A stretch of 64,000 nt of DNA from Erysipelotrichaceae bacterium (GCA_030526485.1 JAUNCS010000005.1:4535-68534), one strand, 5' to 3'. Shown: positions 19,120-30,015, counted from the first letter of the stretch. Notes: generated from the sequence alone by a model not told the origin. Numbers and translations are program-made.

Positions 19120-19749
19120 ATGGCACAGATATTAAAAGATGATTTAAAAGATAAGATAATCGATTCAGCCAAGAGTGAATTTCTAGAAAAAGGCTTTAAA
19201 GAAGCTTCTTTAAGAAATATTGCCAAGTCTTCCAATATGACAGTTGGTAATCTGTATCGATACTTTAAAAATAAAGAAGATATTAAAAAACAGATAATCG
19301 GGGATACACTAAGAGAACTTGAAAACATGTTGCAGAAAGTAACTGATAATAAGATCTCTTTTTCTAGTGCTGAAGCTAATATCACCTTAAAAGGTGAAGA
19401 GATGATAGTAATACTCGATAAGATAGCCGATGAAATGGTTGATATCTATAAAAGACATAAGATAGAATTCAACATCCTTTTACAACACTCTTCTATCAAT
19501 GAAGAATTGCTGGAATGGTTTGCCAAAATGATTGTTTCTATCATCAGAAACAATTACGATGTAGAAAACCATACCAAAGAAGTAAATGATTTAGCTCATG
19601 CCTATGCTGTATCAATCTTTTATGGGGTAAAAGACCTGTTCCTTAATAAAAAAAGAGAAAGCGATAATTTAAATTCTTTAATTAAGATTTATTTTAGAAG
19701 CTTTATTAAGATGCTGGATTTTGATTTAAAGACGATGATTGGAGACTAA
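19120..19749 (+). CDS. TetR/AcrR family transcriptional regulator
   Basis: N-terminal HTH FLEKGFKEASLRNIAKSSNMTVGNLYRYFKNKEDI. ATG 19120 preceded by aaggg. Confidence 0.85.
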   Translation: MAQILKDDLKDKIIDSAKSEFLEKGFKEASLRNIAKSSNMTVGNLYRYFKNKEDIKKQIIGDTLRELENMLQKVTDNKISFSSAEANITLKGEEMIVILDKIADEMVDIYKRHKIEFNILLQHSSINEELLEWFAKMIVSIIRNNYDVENHTKEVNDLAHAYAVSIFYGVKDLFLNKKRESDNLNSLIKIYFRSFIKMLDFDLKTMIGD

Positions 19750-19750
19750 A

Positions 19751-20452
19751 ATGGGATTTATAACATTTGAAAATATATCGAAAATATATAAACTTGGCGA
19801 AGTTGAAATCAAGGCTCTTGATTCCATTTCTTTTGAAATTGAAAAGGGTGAATTCGTGGTTGTTTTAGGGGCCTCAGGTGCTGGTAAATCAACTATTTTA
19901 AACATACTTGGAGGTATGGATACCTGTACAGATGGAAAACTGGTAGTTGATGGTAAAGACTTGTCCAAGGCTAATGATGATGAATTAACTGATTATCGCC
20001 GCTATGATATCGGCTTTGTCTTCCAGTTCTATAATCTGGTCCAGAATCTTACCGCCAAGGAAAATGTTGAACTGGCTTTGCAAATCTGCAAGGACCCTTT
20101 AGATCCAGTAGAAGTTTTAAAACTGGTAGGACTGGAAGAACGTATGAACAACTTCCCATCACAATTATCAGGTGGTGAGCAGCAGCGTGTAGCCATTGCC
20201 CGTGCTGTAGCTAAAAATCCCAAGCTTTTATTATGTGATGAGCCAACAGGTGCCCTGGACTATAAGACCGGTAAACAGGTCTTAAAGGTCTTACAGGATC
20301 TGGCTTTTAAAGAAAATATGACTGTTATTATTGTTACCCATAACTCCGCTCTAGCTGATATGGGCAATAAGATAATCAGGGTAAAATCAGGTAATATTGA
20401 ATCTATTACCATCAATGAACATCCAATGGATATAGAGGACATCGAATACTAA
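19751..20452 (+). CDS. ABC transporter ATP-binding protein (MacB/LolD-type)
   Basis: Walker [10 protein letters not shown], signature [14 protein letters not shown], Walker B LLLCDEPT. Confidence 0.9.
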   Translation: MGFITFENISKIYKLGEVEIKALDSISFEIEKGEFVVVLGASGAGKSTILNILGGMDTCTDGKLVVDGKDLSKANDDELTDYRRYDIGFVFQFYNLVQNLTAKENVELALQICKDPLDPVEVLKLVGLEERMNNFPSQLSGGEQQRVAIARAVAKNPKLLLCDEPTGALDYKTGKQVLKVLQDLAFKENMTVIIVTHNSALADMGNKIIRVKSGNIESITINEHPMDIEDIEY

Positions 20453-23433
20453 TGTTTCATGTAGATACTTATAGACTTATTAAGAAAACCAAGAAGCGCT
20501 TTATTTCTCTAACTTTGATAGTTATGATTGGCGTAGCTTTTATGATGGGCTTGATGTCTTCGCCTGATGTCATGAAAGAATCAGTAGATATCTATAATGA
20601 TCAAAATAATCTTCAGGATATTCAGATATATTCATCATATGGTTTCTGTTTGAAAGATATTATTGAACTCAGAAATGTTGAAGGTGTCAAAGAAGTCTTT
20701 TCATCAAGATTTAAAGATGTTTATTGTCAAAGAAATAATGGTGATGAATTTGTTGCCCGTGTAGAAGAAGTCTCTAGAAGCGTCAATAAGATTTCCTTAC
20801 TGGAAGGACGTTTACCAGAGAACAAACAGGAGTGCGTTATATTGACCAATATTGGTTCAAATAATTCCTATAAGCTGGGAGATAAATTGCGCTTCTATCT
20901 TAATGATGATGAATTGAGTGACTATCTTGAATATGAAAATTATGAAATTGTTGGTTTTGTTAGCTCACCAGCTTATTCAGCCAAGACTTTAGGATCATCA
21001 ACTCTAAACAATGAAGATTTAAGTCTTATTGTCTATGTCAATAACAATGACTTAAAAGCTTCGTACTATTCAACTGTTTATTTAACACTCGAAGGATCTG
21101 ATAAATATACTTCTTATACCAAGGATTATCAGAAATTTATTGATGACTCATCCAAATCAATTGAAAACTTTGCCTATATTCAGGAAGACTATTTTAGAGA
21201 TATTACTTTAGATAAGGCTCAAAAAGAACTGGATAAGCATATAGCTGAATTCAATGAGAAAAAGACTGAAGGTGAAGAAAAACTTAATGAAGCCAGACAA
21301 GAACTGGAAGACGCCAATATTCAGATTGTTTCCCTTGAAAGTAATATCAAGACTATGCAGGGTGTAGTAAATACTCTGGAAAGAAATATTAATTCCTATA
21401 AGCGCCAGTTAAAGGAAAGACAGGAAGAACTGGGTATCAGTGATGAAGAAATAAGTAATTCTATTACAAGTGCTGGTAATCAGCTTTATGACAAGATTAA
21501 TTCGGCATTAGAAAACAATTCGACTTATCAGGACTTGATTGCTAATGCTTCCAGTGCGGGTGAACTTGGTTTTTATGAGAATCTTATTGAATCTAGCAAG
21601 CAGGTAATTGATGAAACCAAAAGAGAAATCAATTCTATGAAGTATCAGTTACAAAAGGGTAAGGAGCAGTATAAGGAAGGCTTGCTGGAATATACTGAGG
21701 GCTTAAATGAATTTAATGAAGAAATAGAGAAAGCGGAAATCGAATTAGCCAAGACTCAACAGACTATTGATGAACTGCCTAATGCCAAATGGACAATACT
21801 TGATAGATCTATGCATTATTCAAGCTTTATGTATGAAGGAAGTTGCAATCAGATGCGTGCCATTGGTTTAAGTCTGCCATTCCTGTTTTATTTGGTAGCG
21901 GCATTAGTATGCCTAACAACTATGACTCGTCTAATTGATGAACAAAGAGGGCAGATTGGCATCTTTAGAGCCTTGGGTTTCTCTAAGAAACAGATTGTTT
22001 CCAAATACCTGATATATGCCTTATGTGCATCATTAATTGGTTCAATTCTTGGAGCAGTCATTGGCCAGACGTTATTTCCAACCGTAATCTATAACGCCTG
22101 GAGACTGATGTATTCTTTGCCGCCAATGAAGGTCATCTTCCCAATTAAGTATGCCCTAATATGCATGCTGGCCTTTAGTCTATTAATGATGGCAGTTACT
22201 TATCTTGTAATCAATAGAGATATGAAAGAAGTTCCTGCTTCTCTAATGCGTCCTAAGGCTCCTAAGGAAGCTAAGGAAACCTTTATTGAAAAGATTACTT
22301 TTATCTGGAAAAGACTATCATTTACATCTAAGATTACAGTAAGAAATCTGATTCGCTATAAGTCAAGATTCTTTATGACAGTCATTGGCGTAGCGGGTTG
22401 TACTGGCTTATTAATTATTGGCTATGGTATTAAGGATTCAATATCAGATGTAGTATCTTTACAGTTTAGTGACATCTTTAACTATGACTATCAGCTGACT
22501 TTTGACAGTGACGAACATTTTGATAAGAATCTGGAAATACTTGTTGATAACAAATATAACGAAACAGTTTCACCATTTATGGCTTATTCATCAGCTGTTT
22601 ATTTTGGTGACGACAGTGAAACTCTTAGTGTGCAGATCTTTGATACTGGTGAAGTTGATTCTATTATGAACTTTAGACATGATGATCGTAAGACTCCTTT
22701 ATATCTTGATAACAGGGGCGTTATCATCTCGGAAAAGTTTGCCCGAAACAACAATATCAAAGCTGGTGATACCATTACCATGGAATCAAGTAATGGTATT
22801 AAGGCCGAAGTTAAGGTTACTGCCATCTGTGAAATGTATTTCCAGCATTACTGCTTTATGTCTAATTCTTATTATGAAAAGGTCTTTAATGAGAAGGTTC
22901 ATAATAACTTTATTGCGGTTAAAACCGATAATCTTGAATCTTTAAATGCTGATATTGAACTGTTAGAGGATTATGTATCTTTAGTGGACTTCAATACGAT
23001 GATAGTCCAGTTTGAAAATATGCTGGAAGCACTTAACCTGATAGTTGGTGTGGTAATCATTACTGCCGGATCTCTGGCCTTTGTCGTATTAATGAATCTG
23101 ACTCAGGTTAATATCTCTGAAAGAATGAGAGAAATAGCTACACTTAAGGTTCTTGGCTTCAACAAGAAGGAAGTGGACAGCTATATCTTTAAGGAAATTA
23201 TGATACTTTCTATCATTGGTGCACTGGTTGGTTTACCGCTTGGTACCCTGGAACACCACTTCGTTATGAATGTCATTGATATGGAAATGGTAACTTTTGG
23301 TATGAATATTTCCTTTATGTCTTATTTCATCAGTTTCATGATTACAATTGTCTTTACCTTAATTGTTTTATTCTTCTCAAGAAAACCTTTAAGAGAAATT
23401 AAGATGGTTGAATCCTTGAAATCTGTTGAGTAA
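20452..23433 (+). CDS. Fused double FtsX/MacB-type ABC permease with a large coiled-coil-containing extracytoplasmic domain
   Basis: 993 aa. Layout: TM1, about 430-aa extracytoplasmic domain 1 (heptad-rich stretch around residues 245-445), 3 TM, TM5, about 200-aa extracytoplasmic domain 2, 3 TM. TAATG overlap with the ATPase gene. Confidence 0.85.
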   Translation: MFHVDTYRLIKKTKKRFISLTLIVMIGVAFMMGLMSSPDVMKESVDIYNDQNNLQDIQIYSSYGFCLKDIIELRNVEGVKEVFSSRFKDVYCQRNNGDEFVARVEEVSRSVNKISLLEGRLPENKQECVILTNIGSNNSYKLGDKLRFYLNDDELSDYLEYENYEIVGFVSSPAYSAKTLGSSTLNNEDLSLIVYVNNNDLKASYYSTVYLTLEGSDKYTSYTKDYQKFIDDSSKSIENFAYIQEDYFRDITLDKAQKELDKHIAEFNEKKTEGEEKLNEARQELEDANIQIVSLESNIKTMQGVVNTLERNINSYKRQLKERQEELGISDEEISNSITSAGNQLYDKINSALENNSTYQDLIANASSAGELGFYENLIESSKQVIDETKREINSMKYQLQKGKEQYKEGLLEYTEGLNEFNEEIEKAEIELAKTQQTIDELPNAKWTILDRSMHYSSFMYEGSCNQMRAIGLSLPFLFYLVAALVCLTTMTRLIDEQRGQIGIFRALGFSKKQIVSKYLIYALCASLIGSILGAVIGQTLFPTVIYNAWRLMYSLPPMKVIFPIKYALICMLAFSLLMMAVTYLVINRDMKEVPASLMRPKAPKEAKETFIEKITFIWKRLSFTSKITVRNLIRYKSRFFMTVIGVAGCTGLLIIGYGIKDSISDVVSLQFSDIFNYDYQLTFDSDEHFDKNLEILVDNKYNETVSPFMAYSSAVYFGDDSETLSVQIFDTGEVDSIMNFRHDDRKTPLYLDNRGVIISEKFARNNNIKAGDTITMESSNGIKAEVKVTAICEMYFQHYCFMSNSYYEKVFNEKVHNNFIAVKTDNLESLNADIELLEDYVSLVDFNTMIVQFENMLEALNLIVGVVIITAGSLAFVVLMNLTQVNISERMREIATLKVLGFNKKEVDSYIFKEIMILSIIGALVGLPLGTLEHHFVMNVIDMEMVTFGMNISFMSYFISFMITIVFTLIVLFFSRKPLREIKMVESLKSVE

Positions 23434-23440
23434 TATGCTA

Positions 23441-23467
23441 AAAAAGCTATAATTTATAGCTTTTTTA
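23441..23467 (+). terminator. Rho-independent terminator after the ABC operon
   Basis: aaaaagctata / tatagcttttt hairpin followed by a T run. Confidence 0.75.
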
Positions 23468-23477
23468 TTTGCTTCAG

Positions 23478-23486
23478 TGATAAAAT
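23478..23486 (+). promoter_or_regulatory. Extended -10 TGaTAAAAT, putative pnp promoter
   Basis: TAAAAT at 23481-23486, about 30 nt upstream of ATG 23516. Confidence 0.45.
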
Positions 23487-23515
23487 TAAATAGTTTAAAA
23501 AGAAAGAGAGAAAAA

Positions 23516-25714
23516 ATGAAAGAGATTTTTAATTTCGATTTCTACGGTCGTAAGTTAACTGTTGAGACTGGTGAAATCGCTAAACAGGCTGGGGGGTCTG
23601 TTCTAGTTCGTTACGAAGATACTGTTACTCTTTCTACAGCATGCGCAAGCAATGTTGCGAAAGATACTGATTTCTTCCCATTAACTGTTACATTTGAAGA
23701 AAAGATGTATTCTGTTGGTAAGATTCCTGGTGGTTTCTTAAGAAGAGAAGGAAGACCTACAGAACATGCTACATTAACTGCACGTTTAATTGATAGACCT
23801 ATCAGACCATTATTCGCTGAAGGCTTCAGAAATGAAGTACAGGTTGTAAATACTGTTATGTCAGTAGATACTGACTGCTCACCTGAAATGTCAGCATTAT
23901 TTGGTGCATCATTAGCTCTATGTATTTCAAACATTCCATTCAATGGCCCAGTAGCTGGCGTTAAGGTTGGCTATGTTGATGGTGAATTCGTGGTAAACCC
24001 AACTGTTGAACAGATGGAAAGATCACTAATCGACTTAACTGTTGCTGGTACTGAAGAAGCTCTAGACATGGTTGAAGCTGGTGCTAAGGAAGTTTCTGAA
24101 GACTTAATGCTTGATGCCTTAATGTATGGTCATGAAAGAGTTAAAGAACTTTGCCGTTTCCAGAAAGAAATTATCGCTAAGGTCGGTAAGGAAAAGATGG
24201 AAGTTGTTCTTTATGAAATCGATCCACGTGTTAAGGAATATGTTAACGAAAATGGTAAGAAGAGACTTGAAGAAGCAGTTTCTATTCATGACAAATTAGA
24301 ATCTTATGCCGCTCAGGAAAACATTACTAATGAAATGAAGGAACACTTCATCAATGAAACTGATTTAACTGAAAAAGAAATTGATAAATTAGTTAAGCAG
24401 ACAAATGAATACTGCACAGAAATCATCGCTAACGAAGTTAGAAGATTAATTTCTGTTGAAAAGATCAGACCTGATGGTAGAGGTCTTGATGAAATCAGAC
24501 CATTAAACTCACAGGTAGACTTACTTCCTAGAGTTCATGGTTCTGCTATGTTCACAAGAGGTCAGACTCAGGTTATCTCTATTACAACTTTAGGTCCTTT
24601 AGGTGATAACCAGATCATTGAAGACTTATCTGAAGTTGAAGAAAAGAGATTCATGCACCACTACAACTTCCCACCTTACTCAGTTGGTGAAGTAGGTAGA
24701 ATGGGTAACCCAGGCAGACGTGAAATCGGTCACGGTGCTCTAGGTGAAAGAGCTCTTAAGCAGGTAATTCCTTCTGAAGAAGAATTCCCATATGCAATCA
24801 GAACAGTTGCGGAAGTAGTTGAATCAAACGGTTCATCTTCTCAGGCTTCAATCTGTGCTGGTACTATGTCACTAATGGCAGCTGGTGTACCTATCAAGGC
24901 TCCAGTAGCTGGTGTAGCTATGGGTCTAATCGAAGTTGGTGATTCATACTCAATCTTAACTGATATTCAGGGTATGGAAGACCACTATGGCGATATGGAC
25001 TTCAAGGTAGCTGGTACAAAAGATGGTATCACTGCTTTACAGATGGATATTAAGTGTACTGGTATCTCTAGAGAAATCTTTAGAGAAGCTCTAGCTCAGG
25101 CTAAAAAAGGACGTCTTGAAATCTTAGACAACATGATGGCTTGTATCGATACTCCTAGACCTGATGTTTCTAAGTATGCTCCTAAGATGGATACTTTCTA
25201 CATCCCAACTGATAAGATCAGAGAAGTTATCGGTAAGGGTGGTGAACAGATCAACAAGATCATTGAAGAATGCGACAACATCAAGATTGATATCAATGAT
25301 GACGGTAAGGTAGTTCTATACCATATGGATAGAGAAACTATCAATAAGGCTAAGGGTATCATCCTTGAAATCACTAAGGAAGCTAAGGTTGGCGATATTT
25401 ATGATGCCAAGGTAGTTAGAATTGAAAAGTTCGGTGCCTTCGTTGAATTATTCAAGGGTCAGGATGCTCTACTTCATGTATCAAAGATTTGTCATGAAAG
25501 AGTTGAAAAGACTGAAGATAAGCTAAAGATCGGTGACATTATCAAAGTTAAGGTAATGGAAATCGATGAAAAGGGCAGAGTAAATGTAAGTGCCAAGGAA
25601 CTTCTTCCTAAGCCTGAAAAGAAGGTAGAAGAAGTTAAGAGCGAAGAAAAGCCTGAAGAAGAAAAGAAAGAAACTAAGGGCGAAAGAAGATTCTTCGGTA
25701 AGAAAATCGGATAA
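23516..25714 (+). CDS. pnp: Polyribonucleotide nucleotidyltransferase (PNPase)
   Basis: Two RNase PH domains plus KH and S1 ([16 protein letters not shown]). About 732 aa from ATG 23516. Confidence 0.97.
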   Translation: MKEIFNFDFYGRKLTVETGEIAKQAGGSVLVRYEDTVTLSTACASNVAKDTDFFPLTVTFEEKMYSVGKIPGGFLRREGRPTEHATLTARLIDRPIRPLFAEGFRNEVQVVNTVMSVDTDCSPEMSALFGASLALCISNIPFNGPVAGVKVGYVDGEFVVNPTVEQMERSLIDLTVAGTEEALDMVEAGAKEVSEDLMLDALMYGHERVKELCRFQKEIIAKVGKEKMEVVLYEIDPRVKEYVNENGKKRLEEAVSIHDKLESYAAQENITNEMKEHFINETDLTEKEIDKLVKQTNEYCTEIIANEVRRLISVEKIRPDGRGLDEIRPLNSQVDLLPRVHGSAMFTRGQTQVISITTLGPLGDNQIIEDLSEVEEKRFMHHYNFPPYSVGEVGRMGNPGRREIGHGALGERALKQVIPSEEEFPYAIRTVAEVVESNGSSSQASICAGTMSLMAAGVPIKAPVAGVAMGLIEVGDSYSILTDIQGMEDHYGDMDFKVAGTKDGITALQMDIKCTGISREIFREALAQAKKGRLEILDNMMACIDTPRPDVSKYAPKMDTFYIPTDKIREVIGKGGEQINKIIEECDNIKIDINDDGKVVLYHMDRETINKAKGIILEITKEAKVGDIYDAKVVRIEKFGAFVELFKGQDALLHVSKICHERVEKTEDKLKIGDIIKVKVMEIDEKGRVNVSAKELLPKPEKKVEEVKSEEKPEEEKKETKGERRFFGKKIG

Positions 25715-25718
25715 TAAT

Positions 25719-25746
25719 AAATGGAGCTAACAGCTCCATTTATTTT
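25719..25746 (+). terminator. Rho-independent terminator after pnp
   Basis: aaatggagct / agctccattt stem with loop aac, then attttc. Confidence 0.8.
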
Positions 25747-25769
25747 CTAAAATAAGGTAACATTTAAGT

Positions 25770-26384
25770 ATGAGAATGCGTAAAAAGAAATGGGTTAGAC
25801 CATTTTTAGATGAAGAAAAAGTATACTTGGCTAATGAATTTAGCGAAATTAAAACTGACTTACCAATCTATATGGAAATTGGTATGGGTATGGGCGACTG
25901 GATCTGTAACTCTGCCAGCTTAAACAAAGATATTTTCTATCTCGGTTTAGAAAAAGATGAAACCTGTGTAGCCAGAGCTATTATCAAGGCCAGAGAAATG
26001 GGTCTTGAAAATATCAAGATTATGCTGATGAATGCTAATCTTGTTAGTGAGATCATTCCTGAAAAGGCGATTGATTGTATCTATCTGCACTTTTCTGATC
26101 CTTGGCCAAAATCAGGTCATCACAAGAGAAGACTTACTTATCCTACTTTCTTAGAATCTTATAAGACAATTCTAAAGGATGAGGGTACTATTATCTTTAA
26201 GACTGACAACAAGGATTTCTTTGTTGATTCACTGGAATATTTCAAAGAAGCTAATCTAAATACTGATGATATCAGCTATGATTATCACGCTATTGAAAGA
26301 AATGAACCACTTACTGGTTATGAGTCAAAATTCAAGGAATTAGGTCAGCCAATTCATTTCATTAAATTAAGCAAACAGGCTTAG
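25770..26384 (+). CDS. trmB: tRNA (guanine-N7)-methyltransferase
   Basis: FSDPWPK(S)GHHKRRL motif, 204 aa. Confidence 0.9.
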   Translation: MRMRKKKWVRPFLDEEKVYLANEFSEIKTDLPIYMEIGMGMGDWICNSASLNKDIFYLGLEKDETCVARAIIKAREMGLENIKIMLMNANLVSEIIPEKAIDCIYLHFSDPWPKSGHHKRRLTYPTFLESYKTILKDEGTIIFKTDNKDFFVDSLEYFKEANLNTDDISYDYHAIERNEPLTGYESKFKELGQPIHFIKLSKQA

Positions 26385-26410
26385 GTCGTCACAGGCTTAA
26401 GCTTTTTTCA

Positions 26411-26419
26411 TGCTAAAAT
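26411..26419 (+). promoter_or_regulatory. Extended -10 TGcTAAAAT 7 nt upstream of the lipoprotein ATG (leaderless-type)
   Basis: TAAAAT at 26414-26419, ATG at 26427. Confidence 0.5.
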
Positions 26420-26426
26420 ATTAGGT

Positions 26427-27440
26427 ATGAAAATGTTAAAAAAGTTGATTATTTGTTTATTAGTTTTATCACTGACTGCCTGCTCATCTAAGGGCTCATC
26501 GGGCGTCAGATCTTATCATACATATACTGTATATCCTATTGGCTATTTATTAAACAGAATAGGTGGTAACCGCATTAATACGGTCTCTATTCAGACTTCG
26601 GCTTCGGTACAGAATGCCAATATCATTGATAATTCTAAGATTATCCTTGATAAGACGATGTGTCTATACAGTATTAATGGTTTAGAGCCTTATTTTGAGG
26701 TTTATGAAAAAGAAATAGAGAGTGCAGGACTAAAGAGACTAGACTTATCTAAGTCTTCTATTTATGCCTTTAAACGCTATACACCGGTAATGACCAGTGG
26801 TAACTATACCTTTGTAGAATCAGACTACTACGATGGTGATGCCTTCACTAAACTGGATACTTATACTGATGACTTGTTTATCTGGCTAGATCCAATTGGC
26901 ATGCTTTCAATGGCTAAGCTTATCTACAACAATCTGGCTAATAACTATGTTGAACAGAAGGCTTATTTTGAAGCTAACTATACAGCTTTAGAAAGTGACT
27001 TGATCTCACTTGATGCTGCTTATCAGAATCTGGCTACTTCTTTAAAGAAAGAAAACAAGACTATCAAGTTTGTTTCTATGACAGCTTCATTTGGCTCTTG
27101 GCAAAAGGCTTATGGTATTGAAACCTATCCGGTATGCCTATCAAAATATGGAGCTCTTCCAACCAAGTCTCAGCTTGATCTGATTAAAAAACGCATTATT
27201 GAAGATAAGGTTGAATATATTGCTTATGAACCTAATATGTCTGCGGATATGCTGGGCTTATTTATGCAGTTAGAAAGTGAGCTTAACTTAAAGCGAGTTA
27301 ACTTATCTAATCTTTCTTCTTTAACTGTCACTCAGCAGACAGATAATAAGGATTATTTAAAAATTATGTATGAAAATTTAGCTGTTCTGGAAAACCTGGC
27401 TACTTCCGTTTTACAGAAAAACAGCGATGTGGGTGAATAA
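26427..27440 (+). CDS. Lipoprotein with a ZnuA/TroA-like (cluster A-I solute-binding) fold that lacks the canonical metal ligands
   Basis: Lipobox LSLTAC. Alignable by eye to PsaA/ZnuA blocks, but the DPHEYEP position reads VQNANII, DPHAWL reads LFIWLD, SEGAFKYF reads MTASFGSW and FVESS reads AYEPN. Confidence 0.55.
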   Translation: MKMLKKLIICLLVLSLTACSSKGSSGVRSYHTYTVYPIGYLLNRIGGNRINTVSIQTSASVQNANIIDNSKIILDKTMCLYSINGLEPYFEVYEKEIESAGLKRLDLSKSSIYAFKRYTPVMTSGNYTFVESDYYDGDAFTKLDTYTDDLFIWLDPIGMLSMAKLIYNNLANNYVEQKAYFEANYTALESDLISLDAAYQNLATSLKKENKTIKFVSMTASFGSWQKAYGIETYPVCLSKYGALPTKSQLDLIKKRIIEDKVEYIAYEPNMSADMLGLFMQLESELNLKRVNLSNLSSLTVTQQTDNKDYLKIMYENLAVLENLATSVLQKNSDVGE

Positions 27441-27441
27441 T

Positions 27442-30015
27442 ATGAAAATACTATTAATTGATGGTAACTCTGTCTTATTCAGAGCTTACTACGCAACAGC
27501 CTATGGAAATATAATGAAAACAACATTTGGAGCATATACTAACGCAGTATATGCTTTTGCCAATATGCTGAATAAGGCCTTGGCTATAACTAATCCCGAC
27601 TATTGTTGTGTAGCCTTTGATAAGGGCAAGGCCACTTTTAGACATCAGATGACTCCTGACTATAAGGCAGGCAGAAAAGAAACGCCAAAAGAATTAATCG
27701 AACAGTTTCAGACCGTCAGAGAAATGCTGACTGCCTACAATATCAAATATCTTGAATATGATGAAATTGAAGCTGATGACATCATTGGTACTTTAGCTAA
27801 AAAGTTTGATATTGAAACCTGTATCTTCTCAAGTGACCATGACTTATATCAGCTAATCGATAATACTACTACCATGTACTGCATGAAAAAGGGTATGTCT
27901 GATATCGCCAGACTTGATGAAGCCGGCCTTATGGAAGAGATGGGCCTAAAGCCTTATCAGGTAATTGATTATAAGGGTTTAGCAGGAGATAGTGCTGATA
28001 ATATCAAGGGAGTTGATGGCGTAGGTGATAAGACTGCTGTTAAGCTTTTACAGCAATATGATACCTGCGAAGGCATCTATGAACATATTGATGAAATCAA
28101 GGGTAAGTTAAAAGAAAAGTTGATCAATGGCAAGGAATCTTGTTTCCTGTCTAAAAAGCTGGCTACTATCTTAACTACAGGTGATGTACCAGTAGAACTT
28201 GAAGATATTAAATTAAATATCAATGAAGAAACCAAGAATGCTTTCTTTGAAAAATATGAAATGCGTTCTTTAATGACTTCTACTAAGAAAACAGCTAAAG
28301 AACCAAAGATACAGGGTAAAAAGGTATCAAAGCTTTCTAAGGAAATGTTTGATAATCCATATATCTACTTTGTATCCAATGATTTTTCATATTATGAAAG
28401 AAATCTCTATGCCATCTGTTTTAATAATGGCAAGTCAATGGAATATATCGATATCGATGACTTTAGAAAAGATGAAGAAGCTGTAAAATTCTTAGCAAGT
28501 GATAATAAAAAAGCTGTCTATGGTTTAAAAGATATCAAACATCAGCTGGACTTCAATGGTTTAAGTATTGGTGAAAATACTGATGATATTCTTTTGATGT
28601 GTTTCTTATTAAACAATAATCACAATGAACTGCCTAAGATTGCCAGAGACTATGGCTTTGTCTTAAGCAGAGTCTTAAAAGATGTCTTTGGTACTGAAAA
28701 GAAGCCTAAAGACTTTGATGAAGTAGAAGTGATGTCTTATACCTATGAGGTAACTGATGTCTTATATCAGATCTATCAGAAAGCTTTAAACAAGCTTAAT
28801 GAAGATGAAATGTATGACTTGTATAGAGATATTGAGCTTCCTTTATGTTATGTCCTATACGAAATGGAAAAAGAAGGCATTGTTTGCGATGAGGAAGAAC
28901 TAAACAAGATTGCCACAGAGACTTTAAAGAAGATCGAGTCTTTAAAAGAACTTATATATAAAGAGGCCGGTGAAAGCTTTAATATCAATTCACCAGCCCA
29001 GTTAAAAGATATTCTCTTCAACAAGCTTGATTTACCTGACTTAAAGAAGGGTTCAACTGATGCGGAAGTCTTAAATAAGCTTTCTGACTATCACCCAATC
29101 ATTAACTATGTATTGGATTATCGTAAATATTCTAAGCTTTATTCAACTTATGCGGAAGGTTTGAAGAAATATATTCAAAAGGATGGCAAGATTCATTCCA
29201 TCTTCTCACAAACTGTAACAGCTACTGGTCGTTTATCTTCGAGTGAGCCAAATCTACAGAATATCAGTGTTCGTGATGAAGAGGCCAAGGAAATCAGAAA
29301 GGCCTTTAAGCCACTTTTAAATTCTTATATTCTTTCAAGCGACTACTCACAGATTGAACTAAGAGTCTTAGCTGCCTTAGCTAATGAAGAAAAGATGATT
29401 GAAGCCTTTAATTCCGGTATTGATATTCATACCAAGACGGCTATGGATGTCTTTAAGTTAGATATTGATGAAGTTACACCTTTAGTTAGAAGACAGGCTA
29501 AGGCTGTTAACTTTGGTGTAGTCTATGGTATCAGTGATTATGGTCTGGCAAATCAGACTAATATGTCTTTTGGTAAGGCCAAGAAATTTATTGAAGACTA
29601 CTTTATTACTTATCCTTCAATTAAGGAATATCTTGATGGCCAGGTAGCTTTCTGTAAGGAAAATGGCTATGTCAAGACTATGCTTAATCGAAGACGCTAT
29701 ATTGAAGAGATTAAATCAAGCAACTGGAATTTAAGAGAATTTGGTAAGCGTGCTGCGATGAATTCAACAATTCAGGGCTCAGCTGCTGATTTGATTAAGA
29801 TTGCTATGATTAATGTCAATAAAGAGATTAAGAAGAATAATTTAAAGTCGCGCTTAATCCTGCAGATTCACGATGAACTGGTATTTAATGTTGTGGAAGA
29901 AGAACTGGAAACAATGAAGAAACTGGTTGAAGAATGCATGGTTAATGCCTATAAGTTAAATGTTAAATTAGATGTTTCTTTATCGGTTGGTAAAGATATG
30001 TATGAGGCCAAATAA
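27442..30015 (+). CDS. polA: DNA polymerase I
   Basis: 5'-nuclease domain (LIDGNSVLFRAYYA). Pol motifs DYSQIELRVLA, RRQAKAVNFGVVYG, QIHDELVF. The middle domain lacks the DxE exo motif. Confidence 0.97.
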   Translation: MKILLIDGNSVLFRAYYATAYGNIMKTTFGAYTNAVYAFANMLNKALAITNPDYCCVAFDKGKATFRHQMTPDYKAGRKETPKELIEQFQTVREMLTAYNIKYLEYDEIEADDIIGTLAKKFDIETCIFSSDHDLYQLIDNTTTMYCMKKGMSDIARLDEAGLMEEMGLKPYQVIDYKGLAGDSADNIKGVDGVGDKTAVKLLQQYDTCEGIYEHIDEIKGKLKEKLINGKESCFLSKKLATILTTGDVPVELEDIKLNINEETKNAFFEKYEMRSLMTSTKKTAKEPKIQGKKVSKLSKEMFDNPYIYFVSNDFSYYERNLYAICFNNGKSMEYIDIDDFRKDEEAVKFLASDNKKAVYGLKDIKHQLDFNGLSIGENTDDILLMCFLLNNNHNELPKIARDYGFVLSRVLKDVFGTEKKPKDFDEVEVMSYTYEVTDVLYQIYQKALNKLNEDEMYDLYRDIELPLCYVLYEMEKEGIVCDEEELNKIATETLKKIESLKELIYKEAGESFNINSPAQLKDILFNKLDLPDLKKGSTDAEVLNKLSDYHPIINYVLDYRKYSKLYSTYAEGLKKYIQKDGKIHSIFSQTVTATGRLSSSEPNLQNISVRDEEAKEIRKAFKPLLNSYILSSDYSQIELRVLAALANEEKMIEAFNSGIDIHTKTAMDVFKLDIDEVTPLVRRQAKAVNFGVVYGISDYGLANQTNMSFGKAKKFIEDYFITYPSIKEYLDGQVAFCKENGYVKTMLNRRRYIEEIKSSNWNLREFGKRAAMNSTIQGSAADLIKIAMINVNKEIKKNNLKSRLILQIHDELVFNVVEEELETMKKLVEECMVNAYKLNVKLDVSLSVGKDMYEAK

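Noticed and set aside
19059-19385. 108-aa ORF antisense to the TetR gene and its promoter region
   Set aside because: It overlaps a confident HTH-containing CDS and the rpsO terminator region, and has no translation signals.
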